Assembly (NCBI GenBank): GCA_951406725.2
Contig: OX597828.1
Span: forward strand, 51,832,001 to 51,896,000
Length of the DNA: 64,000 nucleotides
Direction: 5' to 3'
DNA from: Octopus vulgaris
Taxonomy: Eukaryota
Under the pieces are notes generated by a model. That model had not been told where the DNA came from. It ran no database searches and saw nothing but the letters and a program-made list of their open reading frames with translations. Of the stretch, positions 26,557 through 41,022 are shown piece after piece. Within the stretch, counting starts at the first letter, position 1. Every line of letters starts with the position of its first letter. Position numbers and translations under genes: made by a program.

Positions 26557-26729
26557 CTGTGAAGGAAATAAACTGAATACAAGCTCAGACGGAATAAAGA
26601 CGAGTACTAAAAGCGACACAGTGGAAGTAGTTTGTACGAGGCGACAAATTTAGTCGGTCAATATGGAAGATTGAAAATTTAGTTTATAAGTAAGAGGGTA
26701 AGAGAGAGGGAGGGATGTAATTAAACGGA

Positions 26730-26891
26730 AAAAGACGAAGGAGAAGATGGTGGTAAGGGGGGGGAGGAAGTGGAGGAGGAGAAGGAGGAGGAGGAGTCAA
26801 AAGAAGAAAAGAAAGCAGCAGAAACGGAAAATGGAAAGGAATAAGGGGAGAAAAGGAAGAAGAAGAAGAAGAAGATGATGAAGAAGAAGAA

Positions 26892-26932
<41 letters not shown>

Positions 26933-27240
26933 GGAGGAGGAGGAGGAGGATGAAAAGAAAAAAAAGAAAATGGCGTGAGCGGAAAATGAAAAGGAGAAAA
27001 GGCAGAAAAATAAGAAATTGAAGAGAACCGAAGCAGAAGAAGAAGAAGAAGAAGAAGAAGAAGAAGAAGAAGAAGAAGAAGAAGAAGAAGAAGAAGAAGA
27101 AGAAGAAGAAGAAAGCAAGGGAGGATGAGGAATGAAGAGGGGAAAGATGATGAAGAAAATGCAGAACACGAATAAAGAGGAGGAGGAGGAGGAGAAGAAG
27201 GAGGAGGAGGAGGAGAAGAAGGAGGAGGAAGTTGTGGGGA
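26730..27240. repeat. Purine-rich compound (GAA)/(GAT)/(GGA) tract
   Basis: Directly visible. Confidence 0.9.
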
Positions 27241-27740
27241 GAGAGATAAAAAATGGACAAAGAAAAGAAATGGAAAAATGTTGACAAAGGGCAGGAGAAA
27301 ATGTAAAGAACTGGTGTGAGATAAAACCGATAAGAATATTCGAAGAGGGTCAAGCGACGGATTAAAAATCAATAGAGTTCTTAATACTGATTCAAATAAT
27401 CCATATTTAAATATTCAACTTTACACAAACATTTCTAAAAAAAATATTGGTGATTCTTTAGAAAAAACGTTAATAACGATCTCTAAATTGTTATAATAAT
27501 AATATAATTCCTTAACTTACACAATAATCAATAATATAGAGATGTTGGTTTTCATGAAAACATACATAAGCATACAAATTATCGTTAACGTTTTATTTAT
27601 TCTTTCATTTTATGATTTAGTGCAAAACTCAATATTTTTCGTTGCAATTGTCTTAATTGTGTTTCATAAACAAAGCTGAAAACAACCACTGAATCAAACA
27701 CATATACATGCATATATAGACACTTAAATACATATATATT

Positions 27741-27792
<52 letters not shown>

Positions 27793-27886
27793 CACAAGGA
27801 TATAATATACACACGCACACATACATACACATACATATATATATATATGCAGATATGTATTTGTATATGTGTATGTATCTGTGAAT

Positions 27887-28480
27887 AAGGCGGCGAGCTG
27901 GCAGAATCGTTAGCACGCCGGGCGATGTGCGTAGCAGTATTTCGTCTGCCGTTACGTTCTGAGTTCAAATCCCGCCGAGGTCGATTTTGCCTTTCATCCT
28001 TTCGGGGTCAATAAATTAAGTACCAGTTACGCACTGGAGTCGAAATAATCGACTTAATCCGTTTGTCTGTCCTTGTTTGTTCCTTTTGTATTTAGCCCCT
28101 TGTGGTTAGTAACGAAGTAGGTATTTCGTCTGCCGTTACGTTGTGAGTTCAAATTCCGCCTTGGTCGACTTTGCCTTTCATCCTTTCTGAGTCGATTAAA
28201 TAAGTACCAGTTACTGAGTGGGGTCGAAATAATCTACTTAATCCGTTTGTCTGTCCTTGTTTGTCCCTTCTGTGTTTAGCCCCTGGTGGGTAGTAAAGAA
28301 ATAGGTATTTCGTTTGTCTTTTTGCTCTGAGTTCAAATTCCGCCGAGGTCGGCTCTGCCTTTTATCCATTCAGGTTCGATTAAATAAGTACCAGTTACGC
28401 AGTGGGGCCGATGTAGTCGACTTAACCCCTTTGTTTGCCCCCACCCACGTTTAGCCCCCAGTGGACAATAAAGAAATAAA
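27887..28480 (+). mobile_element. Tandem array of three Meta-like SINE units (period about 184 bp)
   Basis: Unit 1 has the head aaggcggcgagctggcagaatcg; units 2 and 3 restart at ggtatttcgt (28120, 28304); older related pieces follow at 28495-28790. Confidence 0.9.
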
Positions 28481-29298
28481 TAGTTTGAATAAAACACTAG
28501 GAATCGATGTAATCGACTGGCTCCACTCCCTCAAAATGTCAGACCATGTGTCTTTAGTAGAATGGATTATTTGTTTTTCCTAAGTCAGCGAGCTAGCAAC
28601 ATCGTTAGCGCGCCAGACGAAAATGATTTCGCGTGTCGCTACGTTGAGTTCAAATTCCGTTCAGGTCGACAGTGCCTTTCATCCTTCAGGGGTCGGTAAA
28701 TTAAGCACCGGTAAAACACTGGGGGAGTCGATATAATCGACCTACCGTCTCCCAAAGAATGTCAGGCCTTGTACCATTCTTAGTAAGGAATATTTGTTTT
28801 CCTTTCATTCCACCATCAAAACAATCTTGTATCCAGAAAATACCACCGCCGCTTTATCATTTTCTTAGCTTCCATAATGCAGATTTTCTTTTTCTTCGAA
28901 ATCCTTTCGTTATTCTTTATGACTCTTTGTGATCTGTCGTAATCCGTCTCGTCGCATATACACTCTCCAACAATATCATACTACATTTTTAAAGATATCA
29001 TTAACAGCTAACAATATCATTTGTTTATTTTCACGTATTTTATCACAACACGTGAGCTATAAGTTGTATCTATATTTTGACTCAGTATCGCCCTGACAAA
29101 ATTCATCAGACGATCTCATGTTGTGTGTAAAAGAGAGACAGTGAGGCAGAGAGAGAGAGTGTGTGTGTATGTATGTGTGTGTGTGTGTGAGTATATGCAT
29201 GTTTGTGCCTACTTACATACATACATGCATACATACATACACACATATATATATGTTTAGCAAGGTGCGTCAATTCAAGCACCTAATTCAACGGAATC

Positions 29299-29347
<49 letters not shown>

Positions 29348-29370
29348 TGTATGTATGTATGTATGTATAT

Positions 29371-29560
29371 AGGGAGAATTCACGAAAAAAACAAAAGACG
29401 AAGACAGTGGTGTAGAAAACAACCATATGTATTAGTATAACGCTCAGGAATAGAAAAAGTCTTTTACGTTTCGAGCCTACGCTCTTCTACAGAAACGAAC
29501 ACAAAGAAACAAGGAGAGAAAAAAAATGTGTGTAGAGGGTACCGATCTATCATGGTGACA

Positions 29561-29562
<2 letters not shown>
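29371..29562 (-). mobile_element. Penelope-type pLTR fragment with degenerate hammerhead-like motif, between (TATG)n and (TA)n
   Basis: Minus: ctgtagaaGAGCgtagGCTC GAAA CG TA; homologous to 46880-47062. Confidence 0.6.
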
Positions 29563-29615
<53 letters not shown>

Positions 29616-29692
29616 TATGGGAGCGAACTAGTCTTTCCCCATATTTCTTTGTCTCGCCACTCATTCAGTCCGTATTAGTCTTAATCATTTTG

Positions 29693-29748
<56 letters not shown>

Positions 29749-30779
29749 CCTCTCTCTCTCATGAATGAATGAATAAGAATTATATTGGATCTCCTTCCAA
29801 AGTGGATGGACACTTAACGATAAGAAATAATAATTAATTGGCTGCTTAATCTAACAGGTTAAAAGAGAAGAAGCTGACAAGATAATAAACGTAAGGTAAC
29901 AATAAGTTCATAAATATTTAATGAGGAGCTAAGCTAGATCTGGAAACGTCTGAGACCGGCTGATATGGAAAAAAATTATTCAAAAGTAAAGAAGTTGGGG
30001 TGAGATAAACTTAAAGATAAAATATAAGAATCATCATTTGTGAAAACATTTTAGATCATTAGAAAGTATAAAATCAAATCGGGTTTATAAAAGCCTGGGG
30101 TTATATTGTCTAGTGACTGTTATCGCTGATTAAATTTGATTGCAGCAGTCATAGCTACATAGTAAGAAGGAATAGAAGTTAAAATGTGGCGGTGATATCA
30201 GGCAACTGGGCACCTAGATTGTGATCTAAAATGAAGCAAAGTAATTAGAACCAATGTGAAGACAGCTGAAAATATGAAATTTAACGAAATATAAAGATAA
30301 AATATGAAAGAAAGGAAAGGAGTTGTGGAAGATGTTGTGTTTGAAATGGGGTAACGAGGGTATGATATGTAATACAAAAGAAAAATTAGAAGATAAAAGA
30401 TGTAAATACAAATGAGATTAAAATGTTGGGACAACTGAAATATAATGAAATAAGTTAAAGAATATGAAGAGATGATATATCTTAACACTTAGCAAATTGG
30501 TGAAACGGTGGCGTAGGGAAATTTTAAATGGAAATAGAAAATAAAATTACAGAACAATTAAGATTATTGTGTTATTGTGACTCCCTTCCGACATGAATGA
30601 CCATGGGATTGCATCTAGAAATTTACCCTCCGAGGCACAAGTCTGGGTAAGGTTGTTTATGGAAGACCAGCAGTCGCCCACGCATACGAGCCTTCCCTCT
30701 CCACGCCAAATGTTATCCAAGGGAAAGGCAAAGGCCGATACAGCTTGGCACCAGTGACATCACAGCTCATTTATTACCG

Positions 30780-31065
30780 TGAAAGTGGCTGAGCACTCCA
30801 CAGACACGTGTACCCTTAACGTAGTTCTCGGGGAGATTCAGCGTGACACAGAGTGTAACAAGGCTGGCCCCTTTGAAATACAGGTACAACAGAAACAGGA
30901 AGAAAGAGTTTGAGAAAGTTGTGGTGAAAGAGTACAGCAGGGTTCACCACTACCCGCTGCCGGAGCCTCGTGGAGCTTTAGGTGTTTTCGCTCAATAAAC
31001 ACTTACAATGCCCGGTCTACGACTGCGAGTCCGCTGCCCTAACCACTGGGCCATTGCGCTTCCAC
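30780..31065 (-). mobile_element. tRNA-derived SINE (head and body shared with 61761-62064)
   Basis: Minus: gcgcaatggcccagtggttagggcagcgg..gagcgaaaacacctaaagctccacgaggctccggc. Confidence 0.8.
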
Positions 31066-31734
31066 CAGAACAATTAAGATTAGATTGTTAGAAAAGTTAA
31101 TAGTCACTGTAAGAGACCAATTAAAATATAAAGGAAAATGAAGATTAATGAAAGAAGTTACAGGAAGGGAATTATTCTTGATATTCAGTAAAATATCCAG
31201 TTTTAGTCTGCACTGCAATCAACAAAAGTCAGAAACAGAAGCTCTTTTAATCGCGGGAGAGCGCATCTTTCTGGATGAGACGATTAGTAAAACATTACGC
31301 TAATTGAAAAAATAAGTATGTAGTATCAGTAACATATATAGCTTAATCTAAATTACACATTGCTCTTTCATTTTTTGATTTCAGTTCAGTACATTATTTG
31401 ATAGACTGATCTTTACAACGGATGTTGTGTACGCATGTATGGAATGTATACATACATGTATACACGCGTATATTTTATCTTTTATCTTTTAACTTTTACT
31501 GGTTTCAGTCACTAGACTGCGGCCATGCTGGGACACCATAATTTGCTTTTATATAAGTGAATAGGAGTTCAAAAAAAAATTACATTTGTGTACGTGTTTG
31601 TCGGCTATAAGTGTTAATCTGAATACGTGTTTAAATAGATAAATAAACATAAGCAAACATACGTGTGTGTGCTTATATATATATATATATGTATGTATAT
31701 AGATGTATATATATATATGTATGTATGTATGTGT

Positions 31735-31953
31735 GTGTATATGTTTGTGTGTCTGTGTTTGTCCCTCTAGCATTGCTTGACCACCGATGCTGGTGTGTTT
31801 ACGTCCCCGTCACTTAGCGGTTCGGCAAAAGAGACCGATAGAATAAGTACTGGGCTTACAAAGAATAAGTCCCGGGGTTCATTTGCTCGACTAAAGGCGG
31901 TGCTCCAGCATGGCCGCAGTCAATGACTGAAACAAGTAAAGAGTAAAGAGTAA

Positions 31954-31955
<2 letters not shown>
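31735..31955 (+). mobile_element. 3' half of 16446-type SINE (a further 3' half at 32640-32820)
   Basis: ccgatgctggtgtgtttacgtcccc..aaaggcggtgctccagcatggccgcagtc..gtaaagag tail. Confidence 0.85.
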
Positions 31956-32004
<49 letters not shown>

Positions 32005-32024
32005 TATGTATGTATATATATATA

Positions 32025-32076
<52 letters not shown>

Positions 32077-34220
32077 GTGTGTGCGTGTTTGTGTATGTCT
32101 GTCTGTGTGTACATGAACAAGGATTTTTTTCTCGCGAATATGGTCTTCCCGAGAGAAATATCGGAAAGGACGTTTCCAAATTGATTGAATTACATATAGT
32201 GCTAGACATGATGGTATCTCAAGAAGATAAAAAAAATAAACAGTATGGATTGATTTCGGTATACAGTTTCATCTCATTTTTAAGTAATTCTCCATTTTGG
32301 CCGTAGACATATACCATTATGTAAATCATCTAATCCTTCTAACTTTTATTGAGCTCTCTGCTTATCGCTTTACTTAAAAGGAAATATTTCGGATTAGGAA
32401 CGAAACATTTATGTATATGATTAATGCATGTATATGTTTATATGTGTGTGCCTGTGTGCATATGTTTTTTCTTTGTGTGTGTGTGTGTGGTACGGTTCTG
32501 AGTGTTTATTGTTGCGTGTGGATGTACGTACGCTGTGTAAGCTTGTATATATAAATGTATACACACATATAAAGCACTCACAAAAACACACACATATACA
32601 CACCATTTTCACTCTATTACTCTTTTAGTTGTTACAGTCATCTGACAACCGATGCTGGTGTGTTTACGTCCCCGTAACTTAGTGGTTCGGCAAAGGAGAC
32701 CAATAGAATAAGTACTAGGCTTACAAATAATAATTCCTGGGGTCGATTTGCTCGACTAAAGGCGGTGCTTCAGCATGGCCACGGTAAAATGACTAAAACA
32801 AGTAAAAGAGTAAAAGAGATATGTATATATAAATAAATATATAAATAATTACACACACGCACACACACATACACACATACACACACACGCACGCACATAT
32901 ATATATATATATATAAAGTATAGGCATGTATGCAGGTGTATATATGTTTTAGTTAAGTATGTGTTGTGAGAGTGCGTGTAGATAAATAGAGAAAATCGAT
33001 CATTTAAACGTACAGATCCAGAATTAAAAAGACTTTATCAGTAACAACAAAAGATGATGTTGACTATGTTGAATGTTTCCTTAAAAACTACAGTGTGTAA
33101 GGAAAGAGTCAATAAATCAACATAGTCGGTTTGTTATTACCATTGAATTAAGTCTTTGAGTTTCCGTTTCTTTAGTGGTAACTATAGTAACTGATTTCCT
33201 CGGCTCGTTTCCTAAGCTCGTTTAAAATCATTTATTGAAATATTATTATTTTTAAAAATAAACAAATTCTAACGAAATAAATAAAAATGGGGAAAGGAAA
33301 ACGAAAACGAAGAAGCAAGGAAAAAGAAATCGTCGAAGCAGAAAGAAAGAAAGAAAGAAAGGAAGGAAGAAAAAAGGAAGAAAGAAAGAAAGGAGTAATG
33401 AAATGGAGAGCAGAACCAGAATAGATAGGAATGACATACTAGTGAAAAAATTCCAAGGAATCGTGAGTTCTATATAAAATATTTAGATTCCGCTCTCATG
33501 AATTGTATAAAAAAAAACGAGTTGATTATTATTTTTGTGTATTTCGAAAATCCTTTACTTTTTTGCCATTTCGATTCAATTTGAACTTGGTAACTGCTTC
33601 GTTTGCTGATATAAATGTATCATTACATTTACAGCGTTCGGCTGTAAAATAGGAAATCAGAAACAAATCTCTCATATCTTATTCGGTTGTTAGTATAAGG
33701 GTTGTAAAGATACGCTGACGGTTATCTGTTGTTTGTATGATATTTAATTTTTCAGTGATACATTATTCACATTTTATATTCCGTCCTTTATATATATTGG
33801 CTTTAGCAATGGTGTTCCATTTTACCTGGTTGTAAATGTTCTACCTTCTTTCAATGTGGGCATTCTTTCGTCCTCTTGGTCTATTTGTATTTGTCTCAAT
33901 GCAGTTTATGCTATTCCTTAAGTTATACCGTCCTAATGCAGCATTATGTTATAGGGCGGCGTTTTTGGAAGTGTTTTTATCGGCGGATAAATTGGAGACA
34001 CGCCTGCTTATATTGTTAACTAGGTGACAATGGCTGTTGGTGTGTAGCTGTATGTCTATGCACGGGGCTTCCTTCTTTGGTTTATGGTAGGGTTTAAATT
34101 TTCTTGAGCTAAGGTTTATATTAATACTTAAGAAGATGACTTCTCCAACGTTGGTACTAATTGGGGTTCTTAGACCTAAGTGGCTAAATATTTTGCATAT
34201 ATTTTTCCTTCTATCCATTT

Positions 34221-34285
<65 letters not shown>

Positions 34286-35768
34286 GAGAGAGAGTGTGTG
34301 TGTGTGTGAGAGAGAGAGAGAAAGACAGAGAAAGAGGTAGATAGATACATTTGTGCGTATGTATCTGCGTATACATCTATCCATGTATGTGTATAGATAT
34401 ATGAACTGCGACTGAAGAGAACCTTGTGTATTTTACACGGCTATTGGTATGCCTTTAGCGACGTCAGGAGGCAGGTGTTAAAGATGTTTTCATGTCGCTA
34501 ATGTTCTCCAGATTTTATTTAGATAATTATTATAACGGGTCGAAACGCTTCTCGGAAACTGCGAGTCTAGGAGTTGTATTCTTTTTCATTTTCATTTTAT
34601 TTATTTATTTATTCATTTATTTATTTTGCTCAACAGAGAAATATTCATAAGGAAATATATGTAGATAGACAGATAGCAAAATAGGGAACTCGGGATTACA
34701 AAAGGATATGAACACGAAGATATTCTGAAAGAAATCAATGACCACACTGCTGACCAGTAAAAGAAGTTTCTATTTACGTATATAAATAAATGATCAATTA
34801 AATGTATATCCTTACCAAAAGAAAACTACAACTTAAACTCTGGAGATTTAAAGAAACTTATCTGTCTATCTATCTTTATATATATATATATATATATACA
34901 TGCGTGTGTGTGCGTGTGTGTGTGCTTATGAAAACATAAATGTAACACACACGCATATAACTGCATTTGTATGTAGACTTCTATCTGAAACCGCTGAGTG
35001 TTAGTCGAAAAACTCTTATGTATTTATTCCGAAGTAAATATGTCTGTATTTATCTTCATATCCATGTTCATATGCACTTGCACACGCACACAGTTTTACA
35101 TAGGATTCCAGCCAACGGCGCTGTGATGGCTACCTCATCTTCGCAATTCAGAAACTATATCGATGACTATAAAATCGAGTTTTAAAGTCACTCAAATCTT
35201 GCATATGCTCTTTACTGAAAACCACCTCACAACATATAGAAACATTGCAATAAATTACAATATTTTAATTCAAAATATCCGGGATTCTTTAACATTAACA
35301 TGAGACAAATCAAAGAGGGAAATAACCCCATAATATACTTTCATAGCCCACATTCTTCAAAAGCGTGCTTCACAGACCACCGCTAGCAGCAATTCATTAA
35401 TTAAGCAGAATTCGATGAAACAATACATTTCCTAATCTTTGGTCGAAACTATTCCAGCTAGTGATATAATGGTATAAAATGCTTTATAGAACGTAAACGC
35501 GTTTATCTAAAGTGAGGAAATAATTACGCTACTGTTGTATACACATTATGCAAACCTCCACCTCACTTCATCAGTATTCCATATTAAATATAACAACAAT
35601 TGTTCAAGCTCCTAATATATGCAGTTTTCTTTTACTGCAAATTATCGATAATGAGGTAGCTTGTCGCACGATATAGCAGAGTCAGACAAAGCAACATATG
35701 ACTAATATAAGCACTATGACACATCTCTGAAAACCAAGAGTGCATGACCAGAGAAGGAGAGAAAGAGA

Positions 35769-35811
<43 letters not shown>

Positions 35812-36919
35812 CGATAGTGTCATTAAGCACGGATTATAAACCTGTAAATTCTGGTTGACATGAATGGACTAGAAGAACCGATTAATTTTAAGACAGGTAT
35901 AACCCTAAAGGACATAAAAACCACACGCATACAGACTTATACAGAAATTAACACACACAAGCATTCATAAACCCACATACATACATATATATGCTATGTG
36001 GATTTATTATGAGTTCTTGTACGTTTCTATGTCTTAGATGTAAGTGATTCTTCTGGATCCCGTATCAGTTTGGTTCATGTTCTTCCTTCCCAATTTTACT
36101 CATGTTCTGTAATTTATTTATTCATTGTTATATATTGCTTTCGAATCTCTCTCTCTCTCTCTCTCTCTGGTAGCTAGCTCCATCTTGGATTTGAAAGAGG
36201 TACGGCATAGCTCCGACATCTGTATTACGATACCTGATAATTTGCACATTGGGAAAAACGTAGATATTTTAATTTTTAACAGCTGTTGTGCTTATGGAGG
36301 ACAGCGATGGCATGAGGCGCGACATTGCATAAGATTTATACAACTGTTACATAATCATTTCGTCATTTTACTGGAATGCGTGTATGACCTATAACACATT
36401 GGATAATATATGTTTTCTGCTCATTATAATTTGTTTATTATTTAGAATGTGTTTCACCTAGTCGCCTATTAGAAGATTTATTCCCTGTGTCATACCACAC
36501 TGAATACAGGAGTAAAGTGTGGTACTGAATACTATATTTTGTGACGTGTCGCACATTACAGTGCATTTCTTTGATATATAGGTATATGCAAATATTCTTT
36601 TAAAAACTTTTCATTTAATTTTTCCGAAATTCAATTGTTTTCCATCCTTAGAGTTGAAAAAGTCTCAAGGACTGAAACCGGTACTAAAATGGTTTTTATC
36701 CTAAAATTATTTTAGCCTTTTCTACCTTGTCATTTTCCTTATATATATATATATATATACATATATATGTAAGTATGTATATATGTATATATGTATGTGT
36801 ATATATATATTATATATATATTATATATATATATATATACATATGTATGTAAGTATGTATATATACATGTATATATGTATATATATATATATAATATATA
36901 TATATATATTATATATATA

Positions 36920-37319
36920 TCTTTTTACTCTTTTACTCTATTACTTGTTTCAGTTATTTGACTACGGCCATGCTGGAGCACCGCCCCCAGTCGAGCAAAT
37001 CGACCCCGGGGCTTATTCTTTGTAAGCCCAGTACTTATTCTATCGGTCTATTTTGCCGAACCGCTAAGTAACGGGGACATAAACTGACCAGCATCGGTTG
37101 TCAAGCAATGGTAGGGGGACAAACACAAACACACAATCACGCACACACATATATATACATATATACGACGGGCTTCTTTCAGTTTCCGTCTACCAAATCC
37201 ACTCACAAGGCTTTGATCGGCTCGAGGCTATAGTAGAAGACACTTGCCCAAGGTTCCACGCAGTGGGACCGAACCCGGCCATGTGGTTGGTAAGCAAGCT
37301 ACTTACCACACAGTCACTC

Positions 37320-37320
<1 letters not shown>
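36920..37320 (-). mobile_element. Near full-length 16446-type SINE
   Basis: Reverse complement of 16446-16855; flanked by (TA)n. Confidence 0.88.
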
Positions 37321-37359
<39 letters not shown>

Positions 37360-38107
37360 CATTTGTATGTGAGAGTACGGGTAGAGTTGGTGTTTGTGCG
37401 GCAATAAATGAAAGCATTCTGTAACTTCATAGAGGCATGAAGAGCACTGTGAATTGATATGAAAGGATTTTTTTCCGCCCCCATTTCATTTCCACATGTT
37501 CCATTTATGCTGATAGTATGATTTTGGTTGACAACATATATATTTAGTTCAGTCTCGTGGCACCCTGATTATATACCTCAGCCAAAATTATATTAACTAT
37601 AGGTCATGAGATATTTCTCACAGATGGGGAAATCTGAATTTCCAGCACTCGTTTCTTTGTTAATGGAATATAAGAGAAACCGTTTCCTTGGAGAAAGAAA
37701 TATAGATCATAAGTTATACTAACAAAGGACGTATCCTAAAATCCCTTTACCCAGCAGGAATCTATACAAATGAAAGAACTGAAGCATCGATTTACTTTCA
37801 CAAAGAAGGTGCTTCATTCAGTACTTTGTAGGACGTTATATTTTTTAAAACGTATCTGCATAGAAAATAACATCTATAATTATATACTTTGTTTTTTTTA
37901 ATATGTTTTTTTTTTTGTAAAGAGAGAAAAGTACTGCATATTCAAACATGGAGATAAAAGAAATACTTTGGATATTTTCTGCTAGTAATATTGTTGTAAT
38001 GTTGAAATATAATACAGCGGAAATGAAAAGAAGAAAGGAATGAAAAAATGGATAGGGTAGAACAAAAAAAAATGATTCGGTAAGATATTCAATACAAAAT
38101 CACAATA

Positions 38108-38162
38108 CTATAATAAAAAATGATAATAATAATAGTAATAATATAATAATAATAATGATGAA

Positions 38163-38194
<32 letters not shown>

Positions 38195-38240
38195 TAATAA
38201 TAATAATAATGATAATAATAATAATAATAATAATAATAAT

Positions 38241-38284
<44 letters not shown>

Positions 38285-38353
38285 TAATAATAATAATAGT
38301 AATAATAATAATAATAATAATAATGATGATGATGATGATAATAATAATAATAA

Positions 38354-38415
<62 letters not shown>

Positions 38416-38462
38416 ATAACGATAATGATAACAACAACAATAACAACAACAACAACAGCAAC

Positions 38463-38496
<34 letters not shown>
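38108..38496. repeat. Compound (TAA)n/(TAG)n/(CAA)n microsatellite
   Basis: Directly visible. Confidence 0.95.
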
Positions 38497-38789
38497 TCAA
38501 GTAATACACGTTACCGATTATGTAGTGGATGAGAGATATATCGTTTTATATTAATATTAGTGATTGCGTAGAAGCATTAAAATTTATGGAAAAGTGTTAT
38601 ATAATGGAATTTAATAAAGAGACACAAACAGCAAAAAGGATTGCAGTATTTTAATTCCGACTCTCTAAGCACCGGGATCGAATCCCGTTAATGAAGTATT
38701 CGAAAATTCTTCTTACAAAATGCTATCATAGTTAGAATTATACATCTGTGACGGTGAATTATATTGAATATGTACCTAACGCCGTATAC

Positions 38790-39480
38790 GTGGCCGCGAT
38801 CGACATAGCATATCCCTGTGGCAAGAGGATCAAAAGGAAAGAATAGAAAGATCTGAACATCTATAAGAATTTGAAATGGGACACACTCAGGTTGTGGGCA
38901 ATGAAGAGAATTGACATGATATCAGTAGTAATTGGGGTTCTTGGAAGTATCAGCACTCAACTACCAACATGGCTGAAAAAGATTGTACAAATGTAAAGAT
39001 AGAACATTTACAAAAATTAGTTTTGCTTGGAAGTGCGAGAGTTCGCCGCAGAGTTCTTGATGCATGACTCGTAAGCAAGTGTCACCTTAGTCTGCCGGCT
39101 ATGGACAACTGACACGTTCCATCCTACCCAGCAAAATAAGCTAAGAGTTTTAACCACATTATAGTAGCTGTGCCTATAATAACGTAAAACTGTAAAGGTT
39201 GTGCCTACAATAATGGAAGCTGTAAAAGTTGTTCCTATACTAATTGGTGTATTGGGAACTATAAACAAAGATATAGACAAATGCTTGTAGGAAACTCGTA
39301 TAGAATTTCCTGTAGAGCTTCTACAGAAAGTTTGTCTCTTATGGAGAGGAAAGATTATTAGGAGGATCTTCAGCATTTGAAATACTATTGAAGGACTGTG
39401 AATACCTAAGGTTACATTTAGTAACACGCTACCCACATAAGGAGTAATCCACTGCCAGGAATAAGTATGAACCTGAGTCA
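38790..39480 (+). mobile_element. Two tandem decayed RLE-LINE 3' ends
   Basis: 38790-39160 matches the reverse complement of 2256-2620 (aagtatcagcactcaactacc..ggctgaaaaaga); 39190-39480 reads VKVVPILIGVLGTINKDIDKCL..ELLQKVCLL. Confidence 0.75.
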
Positions 39481-40897
39481 ACACAAAAACAACATCATCA
39501 TTATCAACAACAACAACAACAACAATAATGATTTCTTTTATTTGCCACAAGGCTGAAGGATAAGGTAGACAATACCAAGACAAACATAAAGTGTGGGGGT
39601 ATACATATAATGAAAGGATAACAAAAATGTAAGTATATACGGTATACACTGAAAAAGAAGGGACATATACATAGCATACAAAAGTTTTAGAAATAGGGTT
39701 GTGGAGGATGATAGATATGCAGCCCTCCTAAGCTTTTATGATGCTTATATTTTCTTTTATGAATTCTCCGTCGAATTTTTCCACAAATATGAAGTATAGA
39801 AGATGTATAATCAAAATTATACATCTTCTCAATGTTACGGTTTGTCAAGTTAAAAATTCAAATGCATCGCATTTACCTTGTTTATTGTTATATAATTTAG
39901 TTGTTAGCTAAAATTCTAATAAGGCGATCGGTTGGTAGAATAGCTACAGCTTCAGACAATAATGATTGGCGGTATTACATCCTGTGTTTTCGTTCTCAGT
40001 TCAAATTCTGCCAAGGTTGCCTCTGAATTTCATCCTTATAGGGTCGATAAAAATAGATTCAAAGTGAAATACTGTGCGTAAATCGTCTAACTTGCCCCTT
40101 AAATTTGCTGGCCTTGCACCAAAATTTGAATCAATTATTAAAGACTAGAAATTATGCCAGACCAGAACACGTAATTTATCTCAACGACTTATGTTTTACG
40201 AACTTTAAATAATTCTGTATGTTTTAACCCTCATTAAAGAACTTTTGAATATATTTAACCCACAATCATGAGAGGTTCTTCTTGAACACCTATAATGCAT
40301 TTATGGGTAACTAAATATTTTAACATGATTTCTACAAGGTTGACAGCAACGATACAAATTGCCTTTCTCAATAATATTTTGTGATTTTCCAATCCACTAT
40401 CTCAATGGCAACGCCTTTTTATTTCTGTTTTCATTACTAAACTTCGTTTTACAAATTCGCTCTTCCAGCAAGATTTTACATTACTTTAAACACCCCGAAA
40501 AATCGTTTGGTACCAATTATTTTACACAGTTTCGCTTCGTCTATATTTTCAAAACACAATTCCTTCTTTCCACCGCTCTCTCCCTCTCTCTCCCCATCTC
40601 TCCCCTCCTATCTCTCTCTCCTTCTTTCAATTTCTCAATCAATCTCTCTGCCTCTCACTGAACTATTCCTTATTTGCAGAAAATTATACGTTATCATTTC
40701 AAAGCTTTGAATCTTCCCATCCGGAATGAAGCAGCCTGCAGCTTCTGCGCATTTGGTTATAGAATTCAAAATGACATAATTATTTAATTCTTACCTGCGT
40801 GTGCATGCGACGGGTGTATGTAATAAGTGTGGCTGTGGGGACGTGAAGGTGTGTATCTATGTAGGTGTATACATACATACCTATATACCTACATACT

Positions 40898-41022
<125 letters not shown>

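Noticed and set aside
27887-28480. Regular repeat array resembling CRISPR
   Set aside because: Long SINE units without unique spacers; eukaryotic context with no cas genes.
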